Shown: piece after piece, positions 15,699-24,334 of the stretch | How the letters are laid out: every line of letters starts with the position of its first letter | Position numbering within the stretch: position 1 is the stretch's first letter | Assembly (NCBI GenBank): GCA_037142615.1 | Contig: JBAXAI010000001.1 | Span: 448,001-512,000 of the forward strand | Source of the DNA: Spirochaetales bacterium | Lineage (GTDB): Bacteria > Spirochaetota > Spirochaetia > JABEVK01 | Direction: 5' to 3' | Length of the DNA stretch: 64,000 bases | Program-made: the position numbers and the translations under genes | The notes under the pieces: model-generated | Told to the model about the DNA's origin: nothing | Databases searched by the model: none | What the model saw: the letters and a program-made list of their open reading frames with translations, nothing else

Positions 15699-18629
15699 CT
15701 ACAGAAGTTTGAGCCGTTTGCCCTCTGCCAGGTACTGGGCGTTCCAGTACGGCCGGTGTAGAAACTCCTGCCGCTGAAGGGGGTCCTCGATCCGGCTGGC
15801 CCGAGTTTGGATGTCCTTCAGGGCCCTTCCGAGCAGAGTTAGGCGTAGCGCCTCTTGTTCGGCGACGTTCCGAGGAAGCACGAGATAGTACCAGAAGTAG
15901 TACTGGCCAGAGGTGATGTCGAGGTCGAGAAGGCTTTTTTGCGCAAGGAGCGTCTGAAACCGTTGGCTGGCAGCTTCGGCGTTCTCGAGCAAGCCTTCCA
16001 ACAGGACCGTAAAGGCCTCGGCCTGCCCTTCGAGCACGCCTTTTTCGCCGGCTTTGGCCAGCACGCGGTCCTCAAGGGCGCTGAACCCGGTGGACCAAGG
16101 CGTGCCTTCGCCACAGAAGGGTTGAGTCGGTTTGACCAGCTTCAGGCCTCGGCGCACCGTGTCGAGGGCCAAGGCCGGGTTTCGGTCAAAATAGTGGGCT
16201 TCCGAAAGGAAGAAGTTTCTCTCCAGGCCCTCGGGCAAGGCTTCAAACATGGCGCGGGCCACCCGGGTGTTCCCGGAATAGGCTTCGCAGCGGCCTTTCC
16301 AGAGGCCCAGAACTTCGTTGGAGCCCTCGCGCCCATAATTCTGGCCTACTCTTTGCGCCGCCTCGAGGTATTCCAGCGCCTTCGCGTAGTCACCCCGGTC
16401 GAACTCCAGCCTGGCCCTGAGAAACAGAACAAAAAGCCGGGCCTGCTGCATCCCGCTGCGAACAATCACAGGTTCCAGACGGTCAAGAGTTTTGACAGAA
16501 GCGCTCAGGTGCCCCAAAAGGAACAGGCTCATTGCGTCGAGGATAGAGTTCTGCACCACGCCATAAAGGGAACCATTCTTTTCGGCCATGCGCGAAGCGA
16601 TGTCAAAGTAGTCTCGGCCTTCCTCGAGTTTCTTGCGGCGCAAGAGGGTGAGGCCGATTTCTGTGTTGGCCCGCGTCTCGAGCAGGCCGAGATTCTGCTC
16701 CTGCGCCGCCAACAGCGCGCGCTTGAGCCGACCAAAACCCTCGACGAGGTTACCGATGCGAAGGTGAAACCGTCCCTGTTGGAGCAACCACTCGGGGCTC
16801 GGTGCGTTTTCGGTCTTCGGGGTGAAGAAGCGCCGAAAAGCGTCAATCGACTCGGGGGTCCAGCTCTTTCCTGGCTGATTGAGCGCAAAACGCAGTTTTG
16901 ACGCGGCGGCCAGTTGCCTCAATGCATCGCGGGCTTCCTCGGGCTGAACCTCTTCCCACAACTCGGGCCGGAGTATTGTCAGAAAGTCACCTTCGCCGCG
17001 GTCGATCTTGTGGGTGATGTAGTGGGAAAGCACAGCGGTAGCGGCGGGGTACTGCCGGTAAGAGTGCAGCAGCGCAAAGACGATTTCTGAAAGTCGCTTC
17101 TCGTGGAGCCACCACTGGTACAAGAACTCACCAAACTTCTGCCTCAGGGCTCCTACTTCGGCCCCGAGCCTTTCGCGAAGTGGGGTCTGGAAGTCGGGCC
17201 TCAGGGCAAGACTCCCGTCTCCAAAGGCCAGGAAGCCAAGATTCTTAAGATTCTGAACCTTGTCGCGAATGACGGCAGCGTCTTCGCCAAGGAACTGGAA
17301 GAAGTCGATGAGCCGAGCTTCGTCGAGAAGCGATCTCCCTTCGAGGAAGATGAGGTAGACCTTGTGGTGGGACGTATCGAGCGACAGCAGCAGTGCCCAG
17401 CTTGGATCTTGCCCGGGGCCTTCGACACCCCAGCACTTTTCTTGAAGTCCGATCAAATAGTGCGCGACCGAAGCGCCCCGGTCGTCACACAGGGCAACCA
17501 CCGCGGGCGGAAGCGGGGGAAATCGGTCGCCCCAACCTCTGTTTTCTCGCTCTTTGGAAAGTCGTGCGGCGTTCAGCGCCGGGAAGCTCCAGGCGAGGCT
17601 GGGCCCGCGAGCCAGAAACTCCCGGTTCGCAGCCGGTTCCAGAAGTAGAACCCAAAGACCATCGCGCGATACCAGTGGGGCGAGCACGTCCTCCAGAAGG
17701 GCCGCGGTTGAGGGCTCATAGTCCTGAGGCGACAGGAACACGAACACAGGAGGAAGGCCCCTTTCGCGCAGGCGCCCGATCACCGCCCGATAGTAGGCTG
17801 TCAAGGCAACGGTAACGTCCTCGCGGCTGGAATCTCCCGGAAACTCGGCCGCGCCACGGGAACGTAGCAAAAGCTGCCACGGGGGACTTTCTGCCTCGAG
17901 CCGATCGAGAATCTGGCCATCGATTTGCCCGAGGAGCTGGGTCAGGAAGTCACGGCTGGAGTCCAGAGGAAATACCACGGGAAAGTCTTCCTGACTGCCG
18001 TAAAGGTGCTGAAGAATAGCCCTCAGCACGTAGACCTTTTCTGACAGATGGTTGCCTTTGAGGCGAACCACCTTGCCTGCGGTCGATGTCTGGTCGGGGG
18101 GCAGTTGTCGGGCCAGGGGCACTTGCAGCCCGTCTACCCAGCCGGTTACTTCCAGCAGCTGCCAAAACGATAGCGGAGTGATGACCTCTTTCGGAGGTGG
18201 CCCGAGGACTTCTGCGAGCGGATCGCCGGGCTCCACGGGAAAGACGCCAGAGAGCTGGGGAAGAACGGTTTGACCTGCCCAGACCGAGTTTTCCTTGGGT
18301 GCGACAAACAACAGTGCCTTCAGGCGCCCAAAAACTTGCAGGTCGTCGGGCGAATCATCCCGCTCCAACAGTAGGTTGAAGCCAAACAACTCGTCTTTTT
18401 TTCGCTCCAACGATTCGCGGGTCAGGAAGAGGAAATCCGACACCAGGTGCAGGACCTTTTCTCTTTGCGGGTGGAACGAAAAGAGGAAGAATCCGTTCTG
18501 CTCGCGAACCAGTTTTCCACCCCGGTTGGCGCTGAAATGCTCGAGCAGGCCACGAAGCTCGGCGACCTCAGAAGTGCGCAACCGAGAGAGTTGGCGGTAG
18601 TTCGCGATTTCCACGAGGACGTAGTACAT
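15699..18629 (-). CDS. 976-aa hypothetical protein with C-terminal TPRs; degenerate cyclase/STAND-like architecture
   Basis: Long ORF with C-terminal TPR-like helical repeats; see findings. Confidence 0.75.
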   Translation of the reverse strand: MYYVLVEIANYRQLSRLRTSEVAELRGLLEHFSANRGGKLVREQNGFFLFSFHPQREKVLHLVSDFLFLTRESLERKKDELFGFNLLLERDDSPDDLQVFGRLKALLFVAPKENSVWAGQTVLPQLSGVFPVEPGDPLAEVLGPPPKEVITPLSFWQLLEVTGWVDGLQVPLARQLPPDQTSTAGKVVRLKGNHLSEKVYVLRAILQHLYGSQEDFPVVFPLDSSRDFLTQLLGQIDGQILDRLEAESPPWQLLLRSRGAAEFPGDSSREDVTVALTAYYRAVIGRLRERGLPPVFVFLSPQDYEPSTAALLEDVLAPLVSRDGLWVLLLEPAANREFLARGPSLAWSFPALNAARLSKERENRGWGDRFPPLPPAVVALCDDRGASVAHYLIGLQEKCWGVEGPGQDPSWALLLSLDTSHHKVYLIFLEGRSLLDEARLIDFFQFLGEDAAVIRDKVQNLKNLGFLAFGDGSLALRPDFQTPLRERLGAEVGALRQKFGEFLYQWWLHEKRLSEIVFALLHSYRQYPAATAVLSHYITHKIDRGEGDFLTILRPELWEEVQPEEARDALRQLAAASKLRFALNQPGKSWTPESIDAFRRFFTPKTENAPSPEWLLQQGRFHLRIGNLVEGFGRLKRALLAAQEQNLGLLETRANTEIGLTLLRRKKLEEGRDYFDIASRMAEKNGSLYGVVQNSILDAMSLFLLGHLSASVKTLDRLEPVIVRSGMQQARLFVLFLRARLEFDRGDYAKALEYLEAAQRVGQNYGREGSNEVLGLWKGRCEAYSGNTRVARAMFEALPEGLERNFFLSEAHYFDRNPALALDTVRRGLKLVKPTQPFCGEGTPWSTGFSALEDRVLAKAGEKGVLEGQAEAFTVLLEGLLENAEAASQRFQTLLAQKSLLDLDITSGQYYFWYYLVLPRNVAEQEALRLTLLGRALKDIQTRASRIEDPLQRQEFLHRPYWNAQYLAEGKRLKLL

Positions 18630-18703
18630 AACCAGTAAATCGGTAGAAAAAATCGCTTCTTGACGGATTTCCCCGGCGCTGGTAGCCTGATCGCGTAATT
18701 GCC

Positions 18704-20659
18704 ATGCCCGAACTTCTTCAAAACTTCATTTACAACTCGTTCTGGGCCAAGGCTCTTGTTGCAGTTGTGCTTTTTCTCTATCTGCTCAAGTTAGGCAAAG
18801 ACTCTTCTATCGCTGTGCTGCCGTCGTTCCGTTTGTTGGTGCCAGTCCTGCTCGCCACGGACTTCGCGTTGGCGTTACTTCCGCACTTTGTCATTTTTCC
18901 CGTATTCCAGGCTTTAGCTGTCCAGCTTGTGTATTATCAGGTGTTGGGCCGTGTCACCGGCAAGGCTCGGTATCCTCTGGTTTTTTGGCTTTTCGGAGGC
19001 GTTTCCCTGTTGGTAGCGGGAGCGTCTTCGCTGGCGGATCTGCCATGGTTTGCGAGCCTCTTGTTCCCACTGGTCTCGCTGGGGTTGTGGATCAACTTCG
19101 GCGCCCAGCTTTACTGTGTTTCCGAGTACAACACCGAGAACAGTCTCGAAATCCGCCTGGCTCGGCGAAATCTGGTCCAAATTCAGATCGGTGTCACGTC
19201 GCTGGTACTGATTCTGACTCCTTGGGGGGGCTACCTCAACCCGATCGTCCAGATGCTGGTGTTGCCGGGAAGTTACCTGATCCACCTGCTGACGCTCAAC
19301 CGGTGGGAGCAGGGCCAGCAGGTGGCTTCCACCCACCACGTCGAGGCGCTCGAGAAGAATCTCGGGTCGCTCTTTGAGTTCATGATCGCCATCGGCAACG
19401 CCATCAGCGAAAAACTCGAGATCGACAAGGTGCTCGAGTTCGTCGTCCGATCGGCCGTCAAGGCCACTGCCGCCGACGGCGGGGCCATCTTCCTCGTTGA
19501 CGAGTTCGAAGATGTCCTCCGGGTCAAGGCCGTAGAAGGTGACTTTCCTCCCCCCTACGCGGTCCCGGCCAAGGTGAAGGCCAAGATTACGAGCCTGAGC
19601 GAGTACTTCGTCTCGACCCCGATTCCGCTGAACAAGACCATTGTCGGCGAGTGCGCGATGGGACGCAAAGGAGTGTACATCCGCGATACGAGGCTTGACC
19701 CGCGGATGGCTCAAAACGCGGCGCTCGACCAACTGCACATCTCGAGCATCATCCTCGTGCCCTTGATGCAAGGTACCAAGGTGTTTGGCGTGCTGGCCAT
19801 TGTTTCACGGCGAGGCAACTTTCAGTTCACCGTCGATCATTATTCTCAGATCAAGACTTTCGCCGACTACACTTCGCTCACCATCAACAGCCTGTTCACC
19901 TACCTGCAGCTCCTCGAAAAGCAGGAAATGGAAAAAGAGGTTGGAATCGCCGCCGAGATTCAGGGTCAGTTGCTGCCCGGAAGTCTCCCCAGGGTGTCGA
20001 GCGTGTCGCTGGCCGCCTTTTCCCAGCCAGCCAAGGGCGTTTCGGGCGACTACTACGACATTATCAGCATTCGCAAGGGACACATCATGCTGGCTGTGTG
20101 CGACGTGGCGGGCAAGGGAATCCCGGCGTCGCTTGTCATGGTGATGATCCGCACCATCATTCATCTGGTGGCGCATCAGCCCGGAATGCACGTCAGCCGC
20201 ATCCTCGACGTGGTCAACTGGGGCATTGCCGGCAAGGTGTCGCTCGACCGTTTTGCGACCGTCGCCTTGTTGACTTACGACTTTGCCCAGCATAAGCTGG
20301 AGTACTCCAACGCGGCGCACCACCCGCTCCTGATTTACCGCGCCGTTTCGCGGTCGTTCGAAACCTTCGATACCGAGGGGATTCCGATCGGTCTCGAGAA
20401 AAAAACGCGCTACGAGCAAGTGGAAACCCAGCTGGGAAAAGGAGATATCGTCATTCTGTACACCGACGGTATCATCGAGGCCATGAACGAAAAGGGTATG
20501 CAGTACACCTACGAATCGTTGCAAAGTGTTGTCGAAAAAAACTGCGAAAAGGCCCCCGAGGCACTTAAGCGCGCCATCATCGAAGATGTGAACGCTTTTG
20601 TCGGCAAGGCTCGCCAACACGACGACCAGACTTTTGTCCTGATGAAGGTTGAGAACTAA
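18704..20659 (+). CDS. Membrane GAF + PP2C (SpoIIE/RsbU-like) phosphatase
   Basis: N-terminal TM helices, GAF region, VSGDYYD, CDVAGKG, LYTDGIIEA, DDQT. Confidence 0.9.
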   Translation: MPELLQNFIYNSFWAKALVAVVLFLYLLKLGKDSSIAVLPSFRLLVPVLLATDFALALLPHFVIFPVFQALAVQLVYYQVLGRVTGKARYPLVFWLFGGVSLLVAGASSLADLPWFASLLFPLVSLGLWINFGAQLYCVSEYNTENSLEIRLARRNLVQIQIGVTSLVLILTPWGGYLNPIVQMLVLPGSYLIHLLTLNRWEQGQQVASTHHVEALEKNLGSLFEFMIAIGNAISEKLEIDKVLEFVVRSAVKATAADGGAIFLVDEFEDVLRVKAVEGDFPPPYAVPAKVKAKITSLSEYFVSTPIPLNKTIVGECAMGRKGVYIRDTRLDPRMAQNAALDQLHISSIILVPLMQGTKVFGVLAIVSRRGNFQFTVDHYSQIKTFADYTSLTINSLFTYLQLLEKQEMEKEVGIAAEIQGQLLPGSLPRVSSVSLAAFSQPAKGVSGDYYDIISIRKGHIMLAVCDVAGKGIPASLVMVMIRTIIHLVAHQPGMHVSRILDVVNWGIAGKVSLDRFATVALLTYDFAQHKLEYSNAAHHPLLIYRAVSRSFETFDTEGIPIGLEKKTRYEQVETQLGKGDIVILYTDGIIEAMNEKGMQYTYESLQSVVEKNCEKAPEALKRAIIEDVNAFVGKARQHDDQTFVLMKVEN

Positions 20660-20671
20660 GGAGATCTGTCC

Positions 20672-21013
20672 ATGGATCTGAAAATCAGAAAGCACACCGA
20701 GACCTACATCATCGACGTCAATGGTGAAATGGACCTCTACAATTCCTACAAGCTCAAAGAACTCGTGATGAAGATGCTCGAAAAGAAAGTGGAGCAGTTC
20801 GTGATCAACCTGGAAAACGTGGACTACATCGACTCCTCCGGCATCGGCGCACTCATCTACATCTGCTCGACAATCAAGAAGATGAACCTCAAGCTTGTGA
20901 TCTGCAACATCCACGGCTCGGTCAAAAAAGTCATCGAATTGACCAAGTTGATGGGCTATTTCCCCATTGCTGGGACGGTCGAAGATTCCTTGCAGAAGAT
21001 CGCTTCGCAGTAA
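20672..21013 (+). CDS. STAS anti-sigma-factor antagonist (RsbV/SpoIIAA-like)
   Basis: GEMDLYNS and VDYIDSSGIGAL with the phospho-acceptor Ser; AAGGAG RBS. Confidence 0.93.
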   Translation: MDLKIRKHTETYIIDVNGEMDLYNSYKLKELVMKMLEKKVEQFVINLENVDYIDSSGIGALIYICSTIKKMNLKLVICNIHGSVKKVIELTKLMGYFPIAGTVEDSLQKIASQ

Positions 21014-21026
21014 CAGAGAGGATCGT

Positions 21027-21575
21027 ATGCCCAACGATATCAAAGAACTGATCGTCAACCCCCAGCACCCGCTCTTTGACAAGACTGGTATGTTCTTCAA
21101 GGAGTTCCCCAGCGACTTCCGACAGATCCGCTACTTCACGCTGCTGATCGTCCAGAAGGCCCCGCCCGAAATCAAGGAACTCAACCTGCTCGAACAGCAG
21201 ATCAGTGAAGTGATCAAAAACGCTGTCAAACATGGCAACCACAGCAATCCTGAAAAGAAGATCCGGGTTTGGTACAGTTTCTCGACGGCTCACGCCCACA
21301 TCATCGTGGAAGATCAGGGAGAAGGATTTCAGGGAATCGAAACCTGGAACGCGTTCAACCGCAAGCGGGTCGAGTGTTTTGTCGCCCAGAACTTCGAGGA
21401 CCTCGCGCAATACGTCAGCTACAAAACCCCCCGCAGTGATGATCACGACGGGGGCAACGCGATGTTTGCTGCCGTGGAGTACTGGAACGATGGCGTGGTC
21501 TACGACACCCCTCGCACCAGCGTTGCCGTGGGAAAAACCTTCCAGCAACGGCGCCACGGCGTCGAAATCCTGTAG
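21027..21575 (+). CDS. Anti-sigma factor / Ser kinase-like ATP-binding protein (RsbW-like)
   Basis: SEVIKNAVKHGN N-box and VEDQGEGF G1-box; G2 box divergent (DGGNAMF). Confidence 0.8.
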   Translation: MPNDIKELIVNPQHPLFDKTGMFFKEFPSDFRQIRYFTLLIVQKAPPEIKELNLLEQQISEVIKNAVKHGNHSNPEKKIRVWYSFSTAHAHIIVEDQGEGFQGIETWNAFNRKRVECFVAQNFEDLAQYVSYKTPRSDDHDGGNAMFAAVEYWNDGVVYDTPRTSVAVGKTFQQRRHGVEIL

Positions 21576-21579
21576 CTTG

Positions 21580-22263
21580 CTACGGTAGAACGCTGGTGAC
21601 GGGGTTGGCCCCGGGATCGAAGGGAAGCGAAGTCCCGAGCTCGAACCATTGAAGGTCGGTGACAAGCCAATGATCCGAACTGCTTTCCAGATACAGCAGG
21701 CCCTTCGCGGCACGGTCGGAATCTCGCAGAAGGAAAGGCCTGAGCAACCCGCCCTCTTCGGGAGAAATCGGTAGCCCCCAACGAACCTTCGAAGCCCCCC
21801 AGCCTGAGTCCTTGAGCGCCTGGAAGCGACCCTTGAGGTAAGCCGTCCACCGCTGGCTCGTCAAGCCGCCGTCGAAGCCCCTGCCGCTGAGTTGGGCCAG
21901 AAACTTGCGCGCGACCTGGGCCGCTTCGTCGGTGCCAGAGTCCAGGGGGCCGAGGTCGAAATCCCGAACCAAGGCAGACGAAAACGCCTGCCTCTGGAGA
22001 AGAAACTCCTTGCCGGTCAATAAGCTCTGATCAAACACCCTTGCGGTTGCCGGAACGGGAGCCGCCCTCGAGGCCGGGCGTGCACCCGGAGCGTTGGGAA
22101 CGGCCCCGGGCGCAGGGGTTCCGGGCGCAGGGGTTCCCGACTGGGTGCGTCCCGGTGGCGGCGTCACGACCTTGGGAGGCACAGGTTTGGCCGGAGTGCA
22201 GCCGGTCAGCAGGGCAAGGGCAAGAACCCCGGCCAAGGTCGAGCGGTAAAGAGTGGTGGGCAC
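21580..22263 (-). CDS. Putative lipoprotein with Pro-rich linker
   Basis: GTG start, LALALLTG-C lipobox, GTPAP repeated twice (15-bp repeat near 22106-22137). Confidence 0.7.
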   Translation of the reverse strand: MPTTLYRSTLAGVLALALLTGCTPAKPVPPKVVTPPPGRTQSGTPAPGTPAPGAVPNAPGARPASRAAPVPATARVFDQSLLTGKEFLLQRQAFSSALVRDFDLGPLDSGTDEAAQVARKFLAQLSGRGFDGGLTSQRWTAYLKGRFQALKDSGWGASKVRWGLPISPEEGGLLRPFLLRDSDRAAKGLLYLESSSDHWLVTDLQWFELGTSLPFDPGANPVTSVLP

Positions 22264-22269
22264 TTCACC

Positions 22270-22312
22270 ATCGTAGTCGAGTCTGGACAACCCGTCCAGA
22301 AGCCCCTACAAT
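22270..22312. promoter_or_regulatory. Symmetric divergent promoter pair centred on TCTGGAC-N5-GTCCAGA
   Basis: Plus strand: TGGACA(22284)-N17-TACAAT(22307); minus strand: TGGACG(22298)-N17-TACGAT(22275). Confidence 0.6.
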
Positions 22313-22319
22313 CCCGGTC

Positions 22320-23597
22320 ATGAGCGCTCACGAAGACATCTTGCGGCATCTGGAACGCGACTATACCAATCCCATCCGCGACCCGCTCTGGAAGCACATC
22401 TACCTCACCCCGGCGCTCGAGAAGGCGATTCGGACGCCGCCTTTTGTGCGGTTGGGGCGCCTCAAACAGTTGGGTTTGGCCGTCCAGGTGTATCCGGGGG
22501 CCACACACACCCGGGCCAACCACAGTCTGGGAGTGTTTCATCTGGCAAAGCGGATGATCCACTCCATTGTCCTTTCACCGTCGTACCCGGGCCACCTGAC
22601 TCTCGAGGGAGTGAAGGCCTTTCTCTGCGCCTCGCTTTTTCACGACCTGGGGCACTTCCCCTACGCCCATGTGTTGGAAGACGGTCTGGCCGTGCGCTTC
22701 CACGAGGAACTGACCGGACTCGCCCTGCAGGATTCAGAATTGACCTCCGTTCTGAAGCACGAGGTTGCCATCGAACCGGCCTTCTGTGCGGCTATCGTCG
22801 ATAAATCGCTCGATTACGCGCCTGGCAAAGACCAGATCAAATTCTTCCGGCGCCTGTTGTCGGGCGTGCTCGACCCCGACAAACTCGACTATCTGAACCG
22901 TGACGCCTACTTTTGCGGTGTTCCCTACGGCATCCAGGATCCAGACTTCATCATTAGCCAAATGATTCCCCACCGCGAACTGGGCATCGGCATTCATCCC
23001 AAGGGAATTCTCAGCGTTGAGCACCTGCTGTTCTCGAAGTACCTGATGTACAAATCGGTCTACTGGCACAAAGGGGTGCGGTCGCCGTCGGCGCTCATCA
23101 AGAAGGCCCTGACTCTCGCGATCCGTGACGGTGTCTTGTCGCCCGAGGCCCTTTACCACGAAGACGATGCCAGTTTTGCCCCGAAACTCGCCGGTTTCGA
23201 CCACCCGGCGCTGCGCAAGATCGCGGTGGCCGAAACACCCGGAAGCTACGTGACGCTGCACGAACAGCCTTACGACGAGCACGGCCTGTTCAGCCTTCGC
23301 ATCAACGACAGCCAGAGCCTCATGGAAACCGAAGACGAGATTCGCCGGGAACTCGAAAAGGAACTCGGCGTTGCGCTTGATCCGGAAGACATCTCGATCG
23401 ACGTCCCCCATTCGGTGTCTTTTGAGGTCGACCTTCCCATCCTGCGGGACGGCCGTCAGAAGAACTTCACCGACGCCGGCACTGTCTTTGACGCCAGCGT
23501 CGTTGCCGGGTTCACCACCAACCTCAAGAAGTTGCGCCTGGTGGGCCCCCGTGCCCTGAAAGGAAAACTTCGCCAGCCTGAGCGCTTCTTCCTCTAG
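22320..23597 (+). CDS. HD-domain phosphohydrolase (dNTP triphosphohydrolase/SAMHD1-like)
   Basis: IRDPLW, RLGRLKQLG, YPGATHTRANHSLGV, LFHDLGHFPYAH, DPDKLDYLNRD. Confidence 0.9.
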   Translation: MSAHEDILRHLERDYTNPIRDPLWKHIYLTPALEKAIRTPPFVRLGRLKQLGLAVQVYPGATHTRANHSLGVFHLAKRMIHSIVLSPSYPGHLTLEGVKAFLCASLFHDLGHFPYAHVLEDGLAVRFHEELTGLALQDSELTSVLKHEVAIEPAFCAAIVDKSLDYAPGKDQIKFFRRLLSGVLDPDKLDYLNRDAYFCGVPYGIQDPDFIISQMIPHRELGIGIHPKGILSVEHLLFSKYLMYKSVYWHKGVRSPSALIKKALTLAIRDGVLSPEALYHEDDASFAPKLAGFDHPALRKIAVAETPGSYVTLHEQPYDEHGLFSLRINDSQSLMETEDEIRRELEKELGVALDPEDISIDVPHSVSFEVDLPILRDGRQKNFTDAGTVFDASVVAGFTTNLKKLRLVGPRALKGKLRQPERFFL

Positions 23598-23644
23598 CTT
23601 GCGTGGCCCTTCGATTGAGCCTAGACTAGGGACAGGAGGCACCG

Positions 23645-24334
23645 ATGCGCGTTCACAATCTGGTCAAGGATCTGGTGGTGCAGAAGGTCGACGAGATGTT
23701 TTCCGACCCGGCTGAACTCAAAGCTGCCCATCTGGACTCCGACGATCAGGGGAGCAAGTTCGACGTCATCTGCTACGTGCTCAACCGGATGCCTCCCCAT
23801 TACGTGGTCTCGGGGCGCGGGATCGCCCATGCCGAGAGCGGCGACTTCCAGGCCAAGGTCCAGAGCCTTGCCGATATGACACGAATCACCCGGGAAGGAA
23901 TGGCGTCGATAGCCAAGCACAAACGGGAGCGCACGGGCTCGTACGAAGTCGGCACCGATGGTCCCTACTTCAACTTTCCCTCGGTCATCGGCCGCTTGTT
24001 CAATGGTGTCAACTTCGAGCCTGTCCACGACATCGACTTGGGCCTCTATCACAACGGAACTCTGGTGAAGGTCATCGACCCCAATTGGCAGAATCCGTAC
24101 CGTCTGGTGCTCAATACGGCAGGAACCTACTTGTTCTGGCCCCATCCTGTCCAAGCACCCGCACTGGGGTCCGAGCAAGCCTTCGAGTTTGAGCTCCGAA
24201 CCGACGACCCACGGTTCGAGCCGCTGCACTACTTCTTCACGCTCAACGTTTCCTCCTCGCAGGAGTTCATCGATTTCGTCAACACTACGGCTTCGACGCG
24301 CCTTAAGGACCTTTACCTCTTTCCCCGTGAATAG
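23645..24334 (+). CDS. comFB: ComFB-family protein with C-terminal extension
   Basis: VHNLVKDLV...DVICYVLNRMPPHYVVS ComFB motif; AGGAGG RBS. Confidence 0.8.
   Translation: MRVHNLVKDLVVQKVDEMFSDPAELKAAHLDSDDQGSKFDVICYVLNRMPPHYVVSGRGIAHAESGDFQAKVQSLADMTRITREGMASIAKHKRERTGSYEVGTDGPYFNFPSVIGRLFNGVNFEPVHDIDLGLYHNGTLVKVIDPNWQNPYRLVLNTAGTYLFWPHPVQAPALGSEQAFEFELRTDDPRFEPLHYFFTLNVSSSQEFIDFVNTTASTRLKDLYLFPRE

Noticed and set aside
22041-22319. N-terminal extension of the HD protein (and similar upstream extensions at 24189, 36967 and 53906)
   Set aside because: They overlap neighbouring genes or promoters; downstream starts fit the promoter/RBS evidence better.
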